Part shown: piece after piece, positions 37,050 through 47,672 of the stretch
Numbering within the stretch: the stretch's first letter is position 1
How the letters are laid out: each line of letters starts with the position of its first letter
Made by a program: the position numbers and the translations under genes
The notes under the pieces: model-generated
The model's database searches: none
What the model was told of the DNA's origin: nothing
Seen by the model: the letters and a program-made list of their open reading frames with translations, nothing else
Assembly: GCF_009363075.1 (NCBI RefSeq)
Contig: NZ_CP045293.1
Location: forward strand, 6,369,006 to 6,433,005
DNA from: Paenibacillus guangzhouensis
GTDB lineage: Bacteria; Bacillota; Bacilli; Paenibacillales; Paenibacillaceae
Length of the DNA: 64,000 bases
Direction of reading: 5' to 3'

Positions 37050-38699
37050 ATGGAGGCATCAAATATGAAACCAATCACAGAAGTTGCAGCACAATTGGGC
37101 CTGGAGCCCGATCAGCTTGAGCTATATGGAAAATGGAAAGCGAAGCTAACCGAGGATGTATGGGCATCCGTCTCTCAGCGGCCAGAAGGAAAGCTTATCC
37201 TTGTTACTGCTATGAATCCGACGCCGGCGGGAGAAGGCAAGACGCTGACAACGATCGGGCTCACGCAAGGATTGAATCGGATTGGACGGAAGGCGGCCGC
37301 CGCGCTGCGTGAGCCATCGCTCGGACCGTGTATGGGCATGAAGGGCGGCGCCACAGGCAGTGGCAAAGCCCAGATTGTGCCGGCCGAGGATATTAATCTG
37401 CACTTTACGGGCGATATCCATGCGATTACATCAGCGCACAATCTGTTGGCGGCACTCATTGATAATCATATTCACCAAGGAAACGCTCTACGTCTTGACC
37501 CGGCGCGCATCGTATGGAAACGGGCGCTCGATATGAACGATCGGCCGTTGCGCCAGATCATCATCGGCATCGGCGACAACAACGGCACTGTGCGTGAAGA
37601 CGGCTTCCTTATTTCAACCGCTTCGGAAGTGATGGCGGTATTGTGTTTAGCGGAAAATATGGCTGATTTGAGATCGCGGCTCGGCCGGATCGTCGTGGCG
37701 TATGACATGGACAGGCGGCCGGTGACGGCGGGTGAGTTCCGGGCGGTGGACGCGATGTGCACCCTGCTGAAGGATGCAATCCATCCGAATCTGGTACAGA
37801 CGCTCGAAGGCGACCCGGTGTTCGTTCACGGCGGTCCGTTCGCCAACATTGCCCACGGGTGCAACAGCATACGGGCAACTCGTCATGCGCTCAAACTGGC
37901 CGATTACGTCGTGACGGAAGCAGGATTCGGTGCCGATCTGGGCGCGGAAAAATTCATGAACATCAAGTGTCGTCTGGGAAGCCTGCATCCGGCGGCTGTG
38001 GTCATCGTCGCGACCGTGCGTGCGTTAAAATACAACGGCGGCGTATCGAAGCAGGAACTGTTGACGGAGAGTGCCGAGGCAATATGGTCCGGATTCGGCA
38101 ACTTACGGCGACATGTTGAGAACATGCGCGCCTTCGGCGTGCCGGTAATCGTCGCTATTAACCGCTTTGCTGCGGATACGGAGGCAGAGCTGGCGCAGGT
38201 TGCCGCTCTCTGCGCAGAGCTTGGCGTGAAGGCGATTGTCTCGGACGCTTGGGAACATGGCGGTGAAGGTTGCCGCGAGTTGGCGCAGGAAGTGGCCGCG
38301 TTGGCCGATGGATCGACGGTGGATACGTTCCAACTGCTCTATTCTGACGACATGTCGCTTACAGAGAAGATTGAGACGATCGTTACGCGCATCTATCGCG
38401 GAGCCGGAGTCAATTATCGCCCGGCTGCGAGGCGAGCACTGCAGGAACTGGAGCAGCTTGGCGTGCGCGACCTTCCCGTCTGCATGGCGAAGACGCCGTA
38501 TTCGTTTACAGACCGTCCCACCGTCCTCGGGGCGCCTGAGCAGTTTACGATTGAGGTGCAGGATGTCCGCTGGTCGGCCGGCGCAGGATTCGTCGTCGTG
38601 CTGACGGGGCAGGTGGTCACGATGCCAGGGTTGCCTGCGGAACCGGCAGCGTGGCGCATAAGGCTGGATGAGGCGGGACATATCGAAGGCTTGGACTGA
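37050..38699 (+). CDS. fhs: Formate--tetrahydrofolate ligase
   Basis: 549 aa with PTPAGEGKTLTTIGL and the typical family length. High-GC core gene. Confidence 0.95.
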   Translation: MEASNMKPITEVAAQLGLEPDQLELYGKWKAKLTEDVWASVSQRPEGKLILVTAMNPTPAGEGKTLTTIGLTQGLNRIGRKAAAALREPSLGPCMGMKGGATGSGKAQIVPAEDINLHFTGDIHAITSAHNLLAALIDNHIHQGNALRLDPARIVWKRALDMNDRPLRQIIIGIGDNNGTVREDGFLISTASEVMAVLCLAENMADLRSRLGRIVVAYDMDRRPVTAGEFRAVDAMCTLLKDAIHPNLVQTLEGDPVFVHGGPFANIAHGCNSIRATRHALKLADYVVTEAGFGADLGAEKFMNIKCRLGSLHPAAVVIVATVRALKYNGGVSKQELLTESAEAIWSGFGNLRRHVENMRAFGVPVIVAINRFAADTEAELAQVAALCAELGVKAIVSDAWEHGGEGCRELAQEVAALADGSTVDTFQLLYSDDMSLTEKIETIVTRIYRGAGVNYRPAARRALQELEQLGVRDLPVCMAKTPYSFTDRPTVLGAPEQFTIEVQDVRWSAGAGFVVVLTGQVVTMPGLPAEPAAWRIRLDEAGHIEGLD

Positions 38700-38804
38700 T
38701 TGCGGGGCATGACGGATCACCGCATACGCTTGCGGTCCAAGGTGATCCTATAGTCCTTTGTGGAAATACCACGCAGGCGAACCCAGGATTGAATGATTCC
38801 AACT

Positions 38805-39236
38805 TTAGTATAAAGAGGGACGAGATGGAATAACGGAGAAGATGATTATACCTTCCACAATGGAGTATAGATCCTGATGAGAATGATTTGGAAAACGATC
38901 TATGTTGGACAGAATGGAGTCCTTTGGCGGATGAATATGATAGGGCTCCGTTTCCGTTTGGTAACGTTTATCCTGATCATGGGGTTCGCTATGGTATTGA
39001 GCTTTTAATCGACCGCTCTCATCTTCCCAGTCGTAAAAGTACTTATCTATATAACCTGATTTATTCGTATATTCCGTAATGTAAAGCTTGGAATAATCAG
39101 TGAAGGTAATTGTTGCTCGTTGAGCATATATACTAGAAGTTATTCCTGATCGGTCCGTATTTCGTATTTCGCCTAAAATCCCGTGGCCCAGGTCGCGACG
39201 AATACGATCTAAATTACTTTTGGATTTACCGATCAC
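38805..39236 (-). CDS. Hypothetical 143-aa protein; possible toxin of a two-gene toxin-antitoxin-like pair (TumE/DUF6516-like is only a guess)
   Basis: Overlaps the upstream HTH gene by 11 nt. His-rich C-terminus (YHIHPPKD...HSHQD). Confidence 0.35.
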   Translation of the reverse strand: MIGKSKSNLDRIRRDLGHGILGEIRNTDRSGITSSIYAQRATITFTDYSKLYITEYTNKSGYIDKYFYDWEDESGRLKAQYHSEPHDQDKRYQTETEPYHIHPPKDSILSNIDRFPNHSHQDLYSIVEGIIIFSVIPSRPSLY

Positions 39237-39906
39237 CTGCGATCTCCTTCATGACATAACGCCATTCGTCAGCATCCCGCATCCATTTCCAGTCATGGGA
39301 AGATTCAGGATCGCCTAAACGAGCTACAACGTCCTCATATTTGCCACCATATTTCTCTTCAAAGGCTAGAATGACCTTGACTAGTGCTTTCATTCGTTCC
39401 ACTTCATCATAATCCGGCGCTAAAGATTTCTGGCTTTCGTATTCTTGAACGATTTCACGAAGAATTGTCTCTTTCCCATTAGGGGCTTTGTAGATAGCTG
39501 TGTCCGGGATTCGAGCTTGCTTATAAGAGGGCTTGTCATTCATCCCTTGGTAAGAAAGACGTTTTTCTCGAAGCCAGTTATTAATTGTCGTGATGGATAC
39601 ACCGAAGTATGTGCTCATTTGTCCCGTTGTATAATATGTTGGTTTGTCTAATTCTGATGCATATTGGAACGCTAAATCGAGGAGTTGGATCATTTCTATA
39701 GATAGATTACTCTGGTCAATATGATTATTGACATCACTCGTAGTAGAATGGGCAAAACGATGCTCTATTAATTCTGCTGGGCTAATCCGACTTAATAAAT
39801 TGTATAGGAGTTTAAAAGTGGCCAATCCGTACTGGGGATTACTCCGTATATCCCGAATAAACTCTTCCTCGACAAGTCTCCGATCCTCATAAGTAATCAT
39901 TAACAA
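39226..39906 (-). CDS. HTH-containing protein (226 aa), candidate antitoxin/regulator partner
   Basis: MerR/excisionase-like HTH TGQMSTYFGVSITTINNWLREKRL in the central region. Confidence 0.45.
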   Translation of the reverse strand: MLMITYEDRRLVEEEFIRDIRSNPQYGLATFKLLYNLLSRISPAELIEHRFAHSTTSDVNNHIDQSNLSIEMIQLLDLAFQYASELDKPTYYTTGQMSTYFGVSITTINNWLREKRLSYQGMNDKPSYKQARIPDTAIYKAPNGKETILREIVQEYESQKSLAPDYDEVERMKALVKVILAFEEKYGGKYEDVVARLGDPESSHDWKWMRDADEWRYVMKEIAGDR

Positions 39907-40099
39907 ATCACCTCACCCCCATATGATAACAGAATGACATCTTAACTACAAGTAAACTACAAGTAAACTGAAACAGAACTGAAAGTTATTATTAAATATA
40001 GTCAGACGGTGAGTGTTTTATTCATCACATCTTTGACAGTTTCGAAATTAGGAAAAGTCTATTATGATGAAATGAAGAGACCTGTAGAAAGGTTGAGGT

Positions 40100-41479
40100 G
40101 TGAAGTCCGTGAGCAAACAGTCAGATTTAAGTAAAGTATTGAACAGCCTCACGAAAGAACAATTAATCGATATCATTGAGCAAGTCGCTCAGGGTGATCA
40201 AATTATTGCAAACAAGCTCATCGTCAAGTACGGCGAAGTTCAATCTGGGCAAGAAATAATGCTGTGTAAGAAATTGATCAAATCCATCGTAGCGAGGTGT
40301 AAGGGGAGAGAAGGATTTATCCACTACCGAGAAACGTATGGATTTGTTCAAGAAATGATGGATGTACTCGAGAAAATCCATATTACGTCCGATGTATTGC
40401 TAGCATTAGATATTGCATTTCTAGTGCTGGGTGAAGCCGTAGAAGCTTTTCAATATGCAGATGATTCCAATGGAGAAATTGGATTTCTAGTACAAGAAGT
40501 CTTAAAACAGGTACGGAGGATGGTGCTTGAAAGAGAGACTGAGGATAATAGAGTAAATACTGCAATGTTCGATAGGATCTTGGTTCAATCTGATAGTGAG
40601 ATATTTAAGGGCTGGGAAGATTTCCGTATCGAACTTCTAGGAATATGCGCCGAGTTTACTGATAACGTTGTTCTTAGGGAGCGACTTCAAGTGAAGCTTC
40701 GGCATGTAATAACAGAGAAATCCGACGATGATTATATGGAGTATACCCAAGAGCAGCTGCTCCAGTTACTATTCATGCTCGTGACGGATTATGGTACAGA
40801 AGAGGAGAAGGATCAATTCATTCAAGAGCACATTCATTTTACCTTTTTCCGGGAGCGGGCCATCGACCAATACTTGGTGCAACACAATTACGATAAGGTA
40901 ATTGAATTGGCGTTGGTTGGAGAGGAACAAGACAAGCAATTTGCAGGATTAGTCCATCGGTGGAAGAAATCCAGATACTTAGCTTACCATAAGCTTTCAT
41001 TCAGGAAAGAGCAATGGGCGTTAGCTGAAGAAATGTTATTGGATGGGGACTTCGAATATTATCACGAATTGAAGTTATTGGCTGACAAGGATCAACCTCA
41101 TTATTACCAAGAGATTAAAGAAAAACTGAAGAAAACGCCGGGTTGGCGAAGCAAGGAGATCTATCTTAAGGTTATTGAGCTGGAAGAAGATATTGAGGAA
41201 ATGATGGATGTGGTTCGACACGACCCCAGCAGTATTGAGCATTATGCCGATAGACTGATAGATTCGCACAAAGATGAAGTGATCTTAATCTATGGCAATC
41301 ATATTGAAAACGCAGCGAGACAATCGAACAATCGAAAAGCTTATCAACAAGTATGTAAAATCATAAAACGATACAAAGCGATAGCAGGTAAGGATCGCTA
41401 TGATGAATTAGTGATGAAACTAAAAGAGCTACATGGAAATCGGCCAGCCTTTTTGGATGAACTGAGCAAGCTGAAATAA
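40100..41479 (+). CDS. Hypothetical protein (459 aa), low-GC accessory gene
   Basis: Uninterrupted ORF at about 40% GC, contrasting with the flanking roughly 60% GC core genes. Confidence 0.45.
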   Translation: MKSVSKQSDLSKVLNSLTKEQLIDIIEQVAQGDQIIANKLIVKYGEVQSGQEIMLCKKLIKSIVARCKGREGFIHYRETYGFVQEMMDVLEKIHITSDVLLALDIAFLVLGEAVEAFQYADDSNGEIGFLVQEVLKQVRRMVLERETEDNRVNTAMFDRILVQSDSEIFKGWEDFRIELLGICAEFTDNVVLRERLQVKLRHVITEKSDDDYMEYTQEQLLQLLFMLVTDYGTEEEKDQFIQEHIHFTFFRERAIDQYLVQHNYDKVIELALVGEEQDKQFAGLVHRWKKSRYLAYHKLSFRKEQWALAEEMLLDGDFEYYHELKLLADKDQPHYYQEIKEKLKKTPGWRSKEIYLKVIELEEDIEEMMDVVRHDPSSIEHYADRLIDSHKDEVILIYGNHIENAARQSNNRKAYQQVCKIIKRYKAIAGKDRYDELVMKLKELHGNRPAFLDELSKLK

Positions 41480-41573
41480 AAGTAAGAAGTAATTTGTCTT
41501 GAATATAAGGTTTTACAGAAAAGAAGCTTCAGTAATCATCTCGATGATTATGAAGCTTCTTCTATTTTGAGTT

Positions 41574-41855
41574 CTATTCCTCAACCAAATCAATAATCTC
41601 CCGAATATCCTCAATCTTCAGGGCCTCGGCAATTCGCTCAATATGGCTGAAATTTATATTCTCCCGCTTGCCATTTGACAATTCACTTAACGCCGCATGT
41701 CTCACATCAGACAATCTAGATAACTCGCGTAAGGAAATGTTATGTTGTTTGGTTAGTTCATTTATTTTAACAACGACTTTTCTAGCCATATAAAGAATCA
41801 CCTTCGAACAATGAATGTTGACTATACGCATTAACGTACCATATAATATGTTCAT
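41574..41855 (-). CDS. XRE-family HTH regulator (intact copy)
   Basis: 93 aa with HTH LRELSRLSDVRHAALSELSNG. Divergent from the small-protein paralog. Confidence 0.7.
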   Translation of the reverse strand: MNILYGTLMRIVNIHCSKVILYMARKVVVKINELTKQHNISLRELSRLSDVRHAALSELSNGKRENINFSHIERIAEALKIEDIREIIDLVEE

Positions 41856-41884
41856 AACTGGTACGTATATACGTACCGATAGAG

Positions 41885-42193
41885 GTGACAGCGATGCATG
41901 ATCTCCTTACCCAATACGAAGAAGCCATCCAAGAAGAACACACACTCATGCAAAGAATCAGCCTTTGCAAAGAAATCATCGACGTTATCCTAGAGTATAT
42001 CTCGAGTAAGGCAGATGTGATTCATTTACCTACGGCAGAGGACATCGTCACGACGATCCATACGATGGAGCAGAATCTTGATACGGAGCTGCTTCATTTG
42101 CAGCTAGAAATGTGCGTTCTGGAGCGCGCTCGGCGGAAGAAAGGAAAGTCTACGGAAGGGATCAGGGGGCTTGAAGTAACTTACAAACCATAA
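41885..42193 (+). CDS. Small conserved 102-aa protein, copy 2 of the family
   Basis: Paralog of 26430..26738. Confidence 0.6.
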   Translation: MTAMHDLLTQYEEAIQEEHTLMQRISLCKEIIDVILEYISSKADVIHLPTAEDIVTTIHTMEQNLDTELLHLQLEMCVLERARRKKGKSTEGIRGLEVTYKP

Positions 42194-42279
42194 ATTCTAT
42201 TTACCTCACCGCGTTAATCTGATAATATAAATCCAACATTGAAATGCGATGAAGAGAAGAGTAGATAACTTGATTCTTA

Positions 42280-42535
42280 CACAGAGAGCTCCGGCAGCTG
42301 GAAAGGGGCAAAGAATTCGTTATTGAAAAAAGACTCAGAGCAGCACGTCGGAACCTTTCCAGGAGATGATGTGCCAGGTGCTCCTGTTATCGAGCTAGAG
42401 TATAAGCATTACATCGTAATGCCGTACTTGAAGAGGTTAGTATGGTGACATACTAGCGAATTTAGGGTGGTACCACGGGAACATACAGATCTCGTCTCTA
42501 AGACTATACGTCTTGGAGGTGGGATCTTTTTTGTT
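42280..42535 (+). promoter_or_regulatory. T-box-like leader (tRNA-sensing riboswitch) upstream of asd
   Basis: Conserved T-box motif aatttAGGGTGGTACCaCGG at 42459-42478, followed by a hairpin and T-run ending 42532. An AGAGA-containing stem-I-like region sits upstream. The specifier codon was not determined. Confidence 0.45.
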
Positions 42536-42615
42536 GTGAACAAGCGTACACAGCACACATGCAGCATACGATACATCAACTATAATGTTCGAATAGGAAA
42601 GGATCTGAATTTCTT

Positions 42616-43701
42616 ATGGCAATGAAATTAAAAGCAGGTATTGTTGGCGGAACTGGAATGGTTGGACAGCGGTTTATCGAACTGTTGAATGGGCACCCTT
42701 GGTTTGAAGTAACGACGATCGCAGCAAGCGGCAGATCTGCAGGTAAAACCTATGAAGAATCTGTCCAAGGCAGATGGAAGCTCGCAACACCTATGCCTGA
42801 TGCGGTGAAAAATATTGTCGTGCTCGATGCATCGAAAGTAGAGGAAGTTGCGTCTCAAGTCGATTTCATCTTCTGTGCAGTCGATATGACGAAGTCTGAG
42901 ATTCAAGCATTAGAAGAAGCTTATGCGAGAACAGGTACCCCGGTCATCTCTAACAACTCAGCGCATCGTTGGACACCGGATATTCCAATGGTTATTCCGG
43001 AGATTAACCCACAGCATATTGAAGTGATCGCTGCGCAAAGAAAGCGTCTGGGGACTTCAACAGGCTTCATTGCGGTGAAACCGAACTGTTCGATTCAAAG
43101 TTATGTGCCAGCACTTCATGCACTGCTTGATTTCAAACCGACTCAGGTGGTGGCATCGACGTATCAAGCGATTTCAGGAGCGGGTAAGAACTTCACAGAC
43201 TGGCCTGAAATGCTGGATAACGTCATCCCTTATATTGGCGGCGAAGAAGAGAAGAGTGAGCAAGAGCCGCTGCGTATCTGGGGAAGTGTGAATAACGGTG
43301 AAATTGTAAAAGCAAGTTCACCGATCATTACAACACAATGTATCCGCGTTCCCGTTACAGATGGACACTTGGCAACGGTATTCGCGTCGTTCGAGAACAA
43401 GCCTGCGAAGGAAGAAATTCTTGCTCGCTGGTCGAACTTCAAAGGCCGTCCGCAGGAGCTCAGTCTACCAAGTGCACCGAAGCAGTTCATTACGTATTTT
43501 GAAGAAGACAACCGTCCACAGACGAAGCTGGATCGTGAGATTGAGCGCGGCATGGGGGTTTCCGTGGGACGATTGCGGGAGGACTCCATCTATGATTATA
43601 AATTTGTAGGACTATCCCACAACACATTGCGCGGCGCAGCAGGCGGCGCAGTTCTCATCGCGGAGCTTCTGAAGGCTGAAGGATATATTCAAGCGAAATA
43701 A
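42616..43701 (+). CDS. asd: Aspartate-semialdehyde dehydrogenase
   Basis: 361 aa with N-terminal GIVGGTGMVGQRF Rossmann motif and the typical asd length. Confidence 0.9.
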   Translation: MAMKLKAGIVGGTGMVGQRFIELLNGHPWFEVTTIAASGRSAGKTYEESVQGRWKLATPMPDAVKNIVVLDASKVEEVASQVDFIFCAVDMTKSEIQALEEAYARTGTPVISNNSAHRWTPDIPMVIPEINPQHIEVIAAQRKRLGTSTGFIAVKPNCSIQSYVPALHALLDFKPTQVVASTYQAISGAGKNFTDWPEMLDNVIPYIGGEEEKSEQEPLRIWGSVNNGEIVKASSPIITTQCIRVPVTDGHLATVFASFENKPAKEEILARWSNFKGRPQELSLPSAPKQFITYFEEDNRPQTKLDREIERGMGVSVGRLREDSIYDYKFVGLSHNTLRGAAGGAVLIAELLKAEGYIQAK

Positions 43702-43726
43702 GGTATCACATGGTCGAGAGTCTGTT

Positions 43727-43771
43727 AACCCGAGCGATTTCTGTAAAGTCGTTCGGGTTATTTAATTTTTC
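43727..43771 (+). terminator. Rho-independent terminator after asd
   Basis: aacccgagcgatttctgtaaagtcgttcgggtt followed by a T-rich tract. Confidence 0.6.
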
Positions 43772-43856
43772 AGTATCTATATACTGGAAATAATCTCTTG
43801 ATCTTATGTTAAAATGAATAGAGCTAGCCGATGTTATAGTAATATTTGATAGAGGG

Positions 43857-44489
43857 ATGAAGCGAGGGGATGAAGGAATGGATATGCACACGACAAGGCA
43901 ACGTATCCTGATCGAAGCAGAAAAACAATTTATAACGCTCGGGATCGCCAATGTCCAAATGAAAGATATAGCATCGGCCGTAAACATCAATCGAAGAACA
44001 CTCTATCGTTATTTCCCTACGAAAGATGAATTAGCATTTGAAATTGAAATCCTGGTGATGAAACAAATACAGGACTACCTTACGCTGGATATTGGGGATA
44101 CGACTGGCAAAACGGGTTTTGAAAAAGTAAAAGCGTACTTCTTTCAGGTTGATCTAGATAAAGTTAAAGAGCAGATCAAATTCACTGCCGAGTTCGACAG
44201 GTATTTTCAGGAGAGTTATCCGAATCCAGAGCTGGAACAATCGTTTATTGAAGCTATGAATCCCGATCGTGACCCGCTGTTTCATTATATTCGCGAAGGG
44301 GTGACAGACGGCTCCATTCGTAACGATCTGACGGTCGAAGAGCTGTATCACTTTATAAGCCACAGCTTTATCTCTCTTTTCCAACGTCTGATTCTGAGAG
44401 AGAACCACTTGAAGCATGAATACTGCGATAATATTGATTTTCGCAAATCTTTTCGGAATATTGTACTAAGTGGAATACAGCGCACATGA
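43857..44489 (+). CDS. TetR/AcrR-family transcriptional regulator
   Basis: N-terminal HTH ILIEAEKQFITLGIANVQMKDIASAVNINRRTLYRYF. Confidence 0.8.
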   Translation: MKRGDEGMDMHTTRQRILIEAEKQFITLGIANVQMKDIASAVNINRRTLYRYFPTKDELAFEIEILVMKQIQDYLTLDIGDTTGKTGFEKVKAYFFQVDLDKVKEQIKFTAEFDRYFQESYPNPELEQSFIEAMNPDRDPLFHYIREGVTDGSIRNDLTVEELYHFISHSFISLFQRLILRENHLKHEYCDNIDFRKSFRNIVLSGIQRT

Positions 44490-44546
44490 ATACCGGAGTT
44501 GATGGACTGCGGTGTCATGTGCGTTGTATCGGCGGTTATTCGATAA

Positions 44547-46127
44547 CTAAGGCGTTAGTACGACCCTGACAACACCGCAATATGGCGTAGCCCAGAAACT
44601 TCCGAATACGGATTCATCGCCATTTCGGGTGCGCGTGGGTACGAACTCGCCTGTCTCTGTCAGATAACCTTCCTCCACGGAAAGATAGTCGACGGGGGTC
44701 TGTACTAACGACATTTTCAGAGCATCCAACCATCCAGGTCCTGACCTAGGAACCATAAAGAGATGGAAGTTGCCGGCCAAGTAAAATTCTTGCGGTCCGG
44801 CTTCGATGATTAGCCCGTGTTTAGGTCGACCTTCAATCAACTGAGGATTACGGGCATGTCGATGGTCCTTGTTCTCGCTCGCCCCGCCCATATTGATAAA
44901 AGGCACTGCTCCGATGTAATGTTCGAATTCAAAACTCTGGTTCATTTGATAATCCTCTTCGACGACAGCATGAACTTTGCCTGTGCCTCGATACTTCTGA
45001 ATCAACGGCAATAAACTCATGACGCTGCGGAAACTCTCGGCGAATAATACGGCATCTTCCAGCAGATTGCCTTCCATATCCAGGATGCTGTCTACGCCAA
45101 AACAAAAATAACCGATCGCGTTGTAGTCAGCCAAAGCCCGGAGCATATTTCTCGCATTAAGCCCGTCTGGGCTGGATTCCGGAACAAATAAAGGATTGTC
45201 TGGCCGGTGATAGTCGTCGCACACAATCTTGTAGTCACTAAAATTAACAGAGTAAATATCCGGTGCGATCAGATCCAAATGAGGCGCCGCAAATTTCCAA
45301 ATGTCTATCGTGCTCCTAGCAGGCCCGCCGGCAGGATAGAATCCCGGAATCGGCCAACCCGGAAAAGAGAGCCAAGCATTGGTATACATAGGAATGTTAT
45401 ATACCGCGCGGCCTTCTGCGGCGATGTGATCGATATATTTGGCAATAGACCAAGCTGTGCAGAATTCCCCGCCCTCGACACCGAAAACTTCCTCCCAATT
45501 CCCTTGTTCTTTAGAACCGTTCTTCTGAAACACCTTCCAGACATTCCCTTCTTCAAGGCCCCTCACATGTTCGAGAAGTTCGGAGGGTACAGCCCCGGAT
45601 AATGCGGCATTTGCCTCAGGTCCATAATCCCTGTCACAGCCAAGAATGCCCGGTTCATTCTCTACTTGCACCGCAATAACCGTCTCCGTCTCGCTATCCT
45701 TTTCTTTCAGATAGCCCATCAAGGCTCGGAACGCTCTTGCATCCGCCTGAAGCGCTTCTTCACAAAAAGACGAAAGGATATTCATAGGGACGCCGTCACT
45801 GCGAAGCACCCTGAAAAACCGCTGTTTGTCTGTCTTGATCCAGCCGGGACAATAACGCATCTCGCCATTCTTCCAGGTTGCAAACCATAATACGATAAGG
45901 TGCAAGTCATTCTTCCGGCACTCCTCCAGCAACATGTCTACCGAAGAAAAATCAAATTGCCCCTCTATAGGCTCTACTTGTTCCCAATAGACCGGAGCTT
46001 CCAGCGTATTGCCTCCCAATGCCTTGACACCCGCAATAGCAGATGCCAATTCTTCCGCGTTATAGGCGCTGGAGTTTTTGGACTGGCCTCCCATTGGCAT
46101 GAATGGTTTTCCCTTTACTGTAAACAT
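44547..46127 (-). CDS. Glycoside hydrolase, GH35-like beta-galactosidase family
   Basis: KALGGNTLEAPVYWEQVEPIEGQFDFSSVD...LHLIVLWFATWKNGEMRYCPGWI resembles the GH35 TIM-barrel N-terminal region. Start taken at MFTVKG (ATG 46127) behind AGGAGAGG. Confidence 0.55.
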   Translation of the reverse strand: MFTVKGKPFMPMGGQSKNSSAYNAEELASAIAGVKALGGNTLEAPVYWEQVEPIEGQFDFSSVDMLLEECRKNDLHLIVLWFATWKNGEMRYCPGWIKTDKQRFFRVLRSDGVPMNILSSFCEEALQADARAFRALMGYLKEKDSETETVIAVQVENEPGILGCDRDYGPEANAALSGAVPSELLEHVRGLEEGNVWKVFQKNGSKEQGNWEEVFGVEGGEFCTAWSIAKYIDHIAAEGRAVYNIPMYTNAWLSFPGWPIPGFYPAGGPARSTIDIWKFAAPHLDLIAPDIYSVNFSDYKIVCDDYHRPDNPLFVPESSPDGLNARNMLRALADYNAIGYFCFGVDSILDMEGNLLEDAVLFAESFRSVMSLLPLIQKYRGTGKVHAVVEEDYQMNQSFEFEHYIGAVPFINMGGASENKDHRHARNPQLIEGRPKHGLIIEAGPQEFYLAGNFHLFMVPRSGPGWLDALKMSLVQTPVDYLSVEEGYLTETGEFVPTRTRNGDESVFGSFWATPYCGVVRVVLTP

Positions 46128-46164
46128 ACAATCCTCTCCTGTTCTTATATTTAAATGGGGTAGA

Positions 46165-47511
46165 TCACATACTTGCACTGATTTTCTTCTCGTCGTATTT
46201 AAGAAAAGCGAATAAGGATAAGAGGGCAACAAGGGCAGCGATGATGACGGATATTCGGATCCCGGAATCATCATGAATCGAATTCCCGATGGCTAGTATG
46301 GTGGGTAAGATAATTACGGATAAAGCGGTTCCAAATTTCGTTAGAAATGAGCGTACGCCAAAGTACAGCGCTTCTTTGTTTTCTCCGCTTGAACTGGCGT
46401 CATAGACGGCGCAATCCGCAACGATGGCATTCGGCAATATACCTGATATGGCCGAGGTAACCGCAGAGAGAAGAACGATGGGAATCAACTGTAAAAATCC
46501 GTTAAACGGTAACATCCCCATAAGCGAGATATAGATGAAAGAAACGAAAAGAGAAACGAACGATACGATCATCAGCTTCTTCTTGCCATACCTTTTACTT
46601 AATCGATTGACGAGTGGATACAGCAGGAACGAAACGACGCCGACGGCAGCCACAATCAGCCCGACATCCGTTTCCTTCTGCCGTGCGAGCACCGTAATGT
46701 AGTATACAAGGGATGATTGAAAGAAACTGTTCGTGAACCAATACCCTAGCTCGCTCATTAAGAAGAATCGGAAATCTCGATTTTGAAATATTGCTGTAAC
46801 GGATGCTTTGATGTCCAAGCTTGTCGCGTTTGTGGAACCATACAGATTCTCATTAATCGTATAGGCCGGTATGAGCATAAGGATCAATGCAATGGCTGCT
46901 AGTCCTGCAAAGGTCCACTGAATCGAAGCGGTTTTGGAAATATCGAAGACCGTCATCACGGTCTCCCAAATATTAGGGGCGAACGTTGCGATAATCAGAC
47001 CCAGAAACCAGGTAACCGAGATATACGTCGATAGATCGATTCGGTCTTCCGTGCTGCGGCCCAATTCGCTTAGCAGGGCAGTGTAGGGTATCACATAACA
47101 AGTAAAAGCAACAAAGTATAGAGGCAGGAGGATGAGGAGCCATATGGAATTGATGGTATGAATGCCGTTTTGAAAGGGAACGAAAAATATGCACACGAGC
47201 AAAATGGCGCAAGGCAGCGCGCTTCGTCTCATAAACGGCGTTCGTCTCCCAAGGCGGTGCCTGGTTCTATCGCTCATGTTCGCAATCCATAGGTCAGTCA
47301 CTGCATTGATCAACGTAGAGATTCCCATGATGACGCCAATAATCGTAACGCCCATAAACACACTATCTTGCGGGATCACCACATGTATGCCGGATTCTTC
47401 TGGAGGCAAATAAAAATAGATGAGCCATGTACCCATGATGCCGGCCAGAATCGACCAGCCTAACTGCCCAAGCGAGTAGAACACCCTGATCTTCCTTGGT
47501 AATTCCACCAT
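46165..47511 (-). CDS. Glycoside-pentoside-hexuronide (GPH) cation symporter, MelB-like MFS transporter
   Basis: 448 aa, about 12 hydrophobic segments, GPH-type N-terminus YSLGQLGWSILAGIMGTWLIYFY. Confidence 0.8.
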   Translation of the reverse strand: MVELPRKIRVFYSLGQLGWSILAGIMGTWLIYFYLPPEESGIHVVIPQDSVFMGVTIIGVIMGISTLINAVTDLWIANMSDRTRHRLGRRTPFMRRSALPCAILLVCIFFVPFQNGIHTINSIWLLILLPLYFVAFTCYVIPYTALLSELGRSTEDRIDLSTYISVTWFLGLIIATFAPNIWETVMTVFDISKTASIQWTFAGLAAIALILMLIPAYTINENLYGSTNATSLDIKASVTAIFQNRDFRFFLMSELGYWFTNSFFQSSLVYYITVLARQKETDVGLIVAAVGVVSFLLYPLVNRLSKRYGKKKLMIVSFVSLFVSFIYISLMGMLPFNGFLQLIPIVLLSAVTSAISGILPNAIVADCAVYDASSSGENKEALYFGVRSFLTKFGTALSVIILPTILAIGNSIHDDSGIRISVIIAALVALLSLFAFLKYDEKKISASM

Positions 47512-47672
47512 TGAAGCCCTCCTTTGCTATTGCTTTTACTTGAATGCCACACGTGTGGCATGTGGTAATTGTACAATATTGGAAATAATTGCGTCAATAT
47601 CCTTTCGCTCGCAAAAAAACCTCCGACAGCAGGTCTTGCCTGCGTATCGAAGGTTTTGTATTCATGATTACG

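Noticed and set aside
37146-38802. Multiple 60-200-aa ORFs on both strands overlapping fhs (Arg/Pro/Ala-rich translations)
   Set aside because: Classic spurious frames in high-GC coding DNA. fhs itself has unmistakable homology and occupies the region
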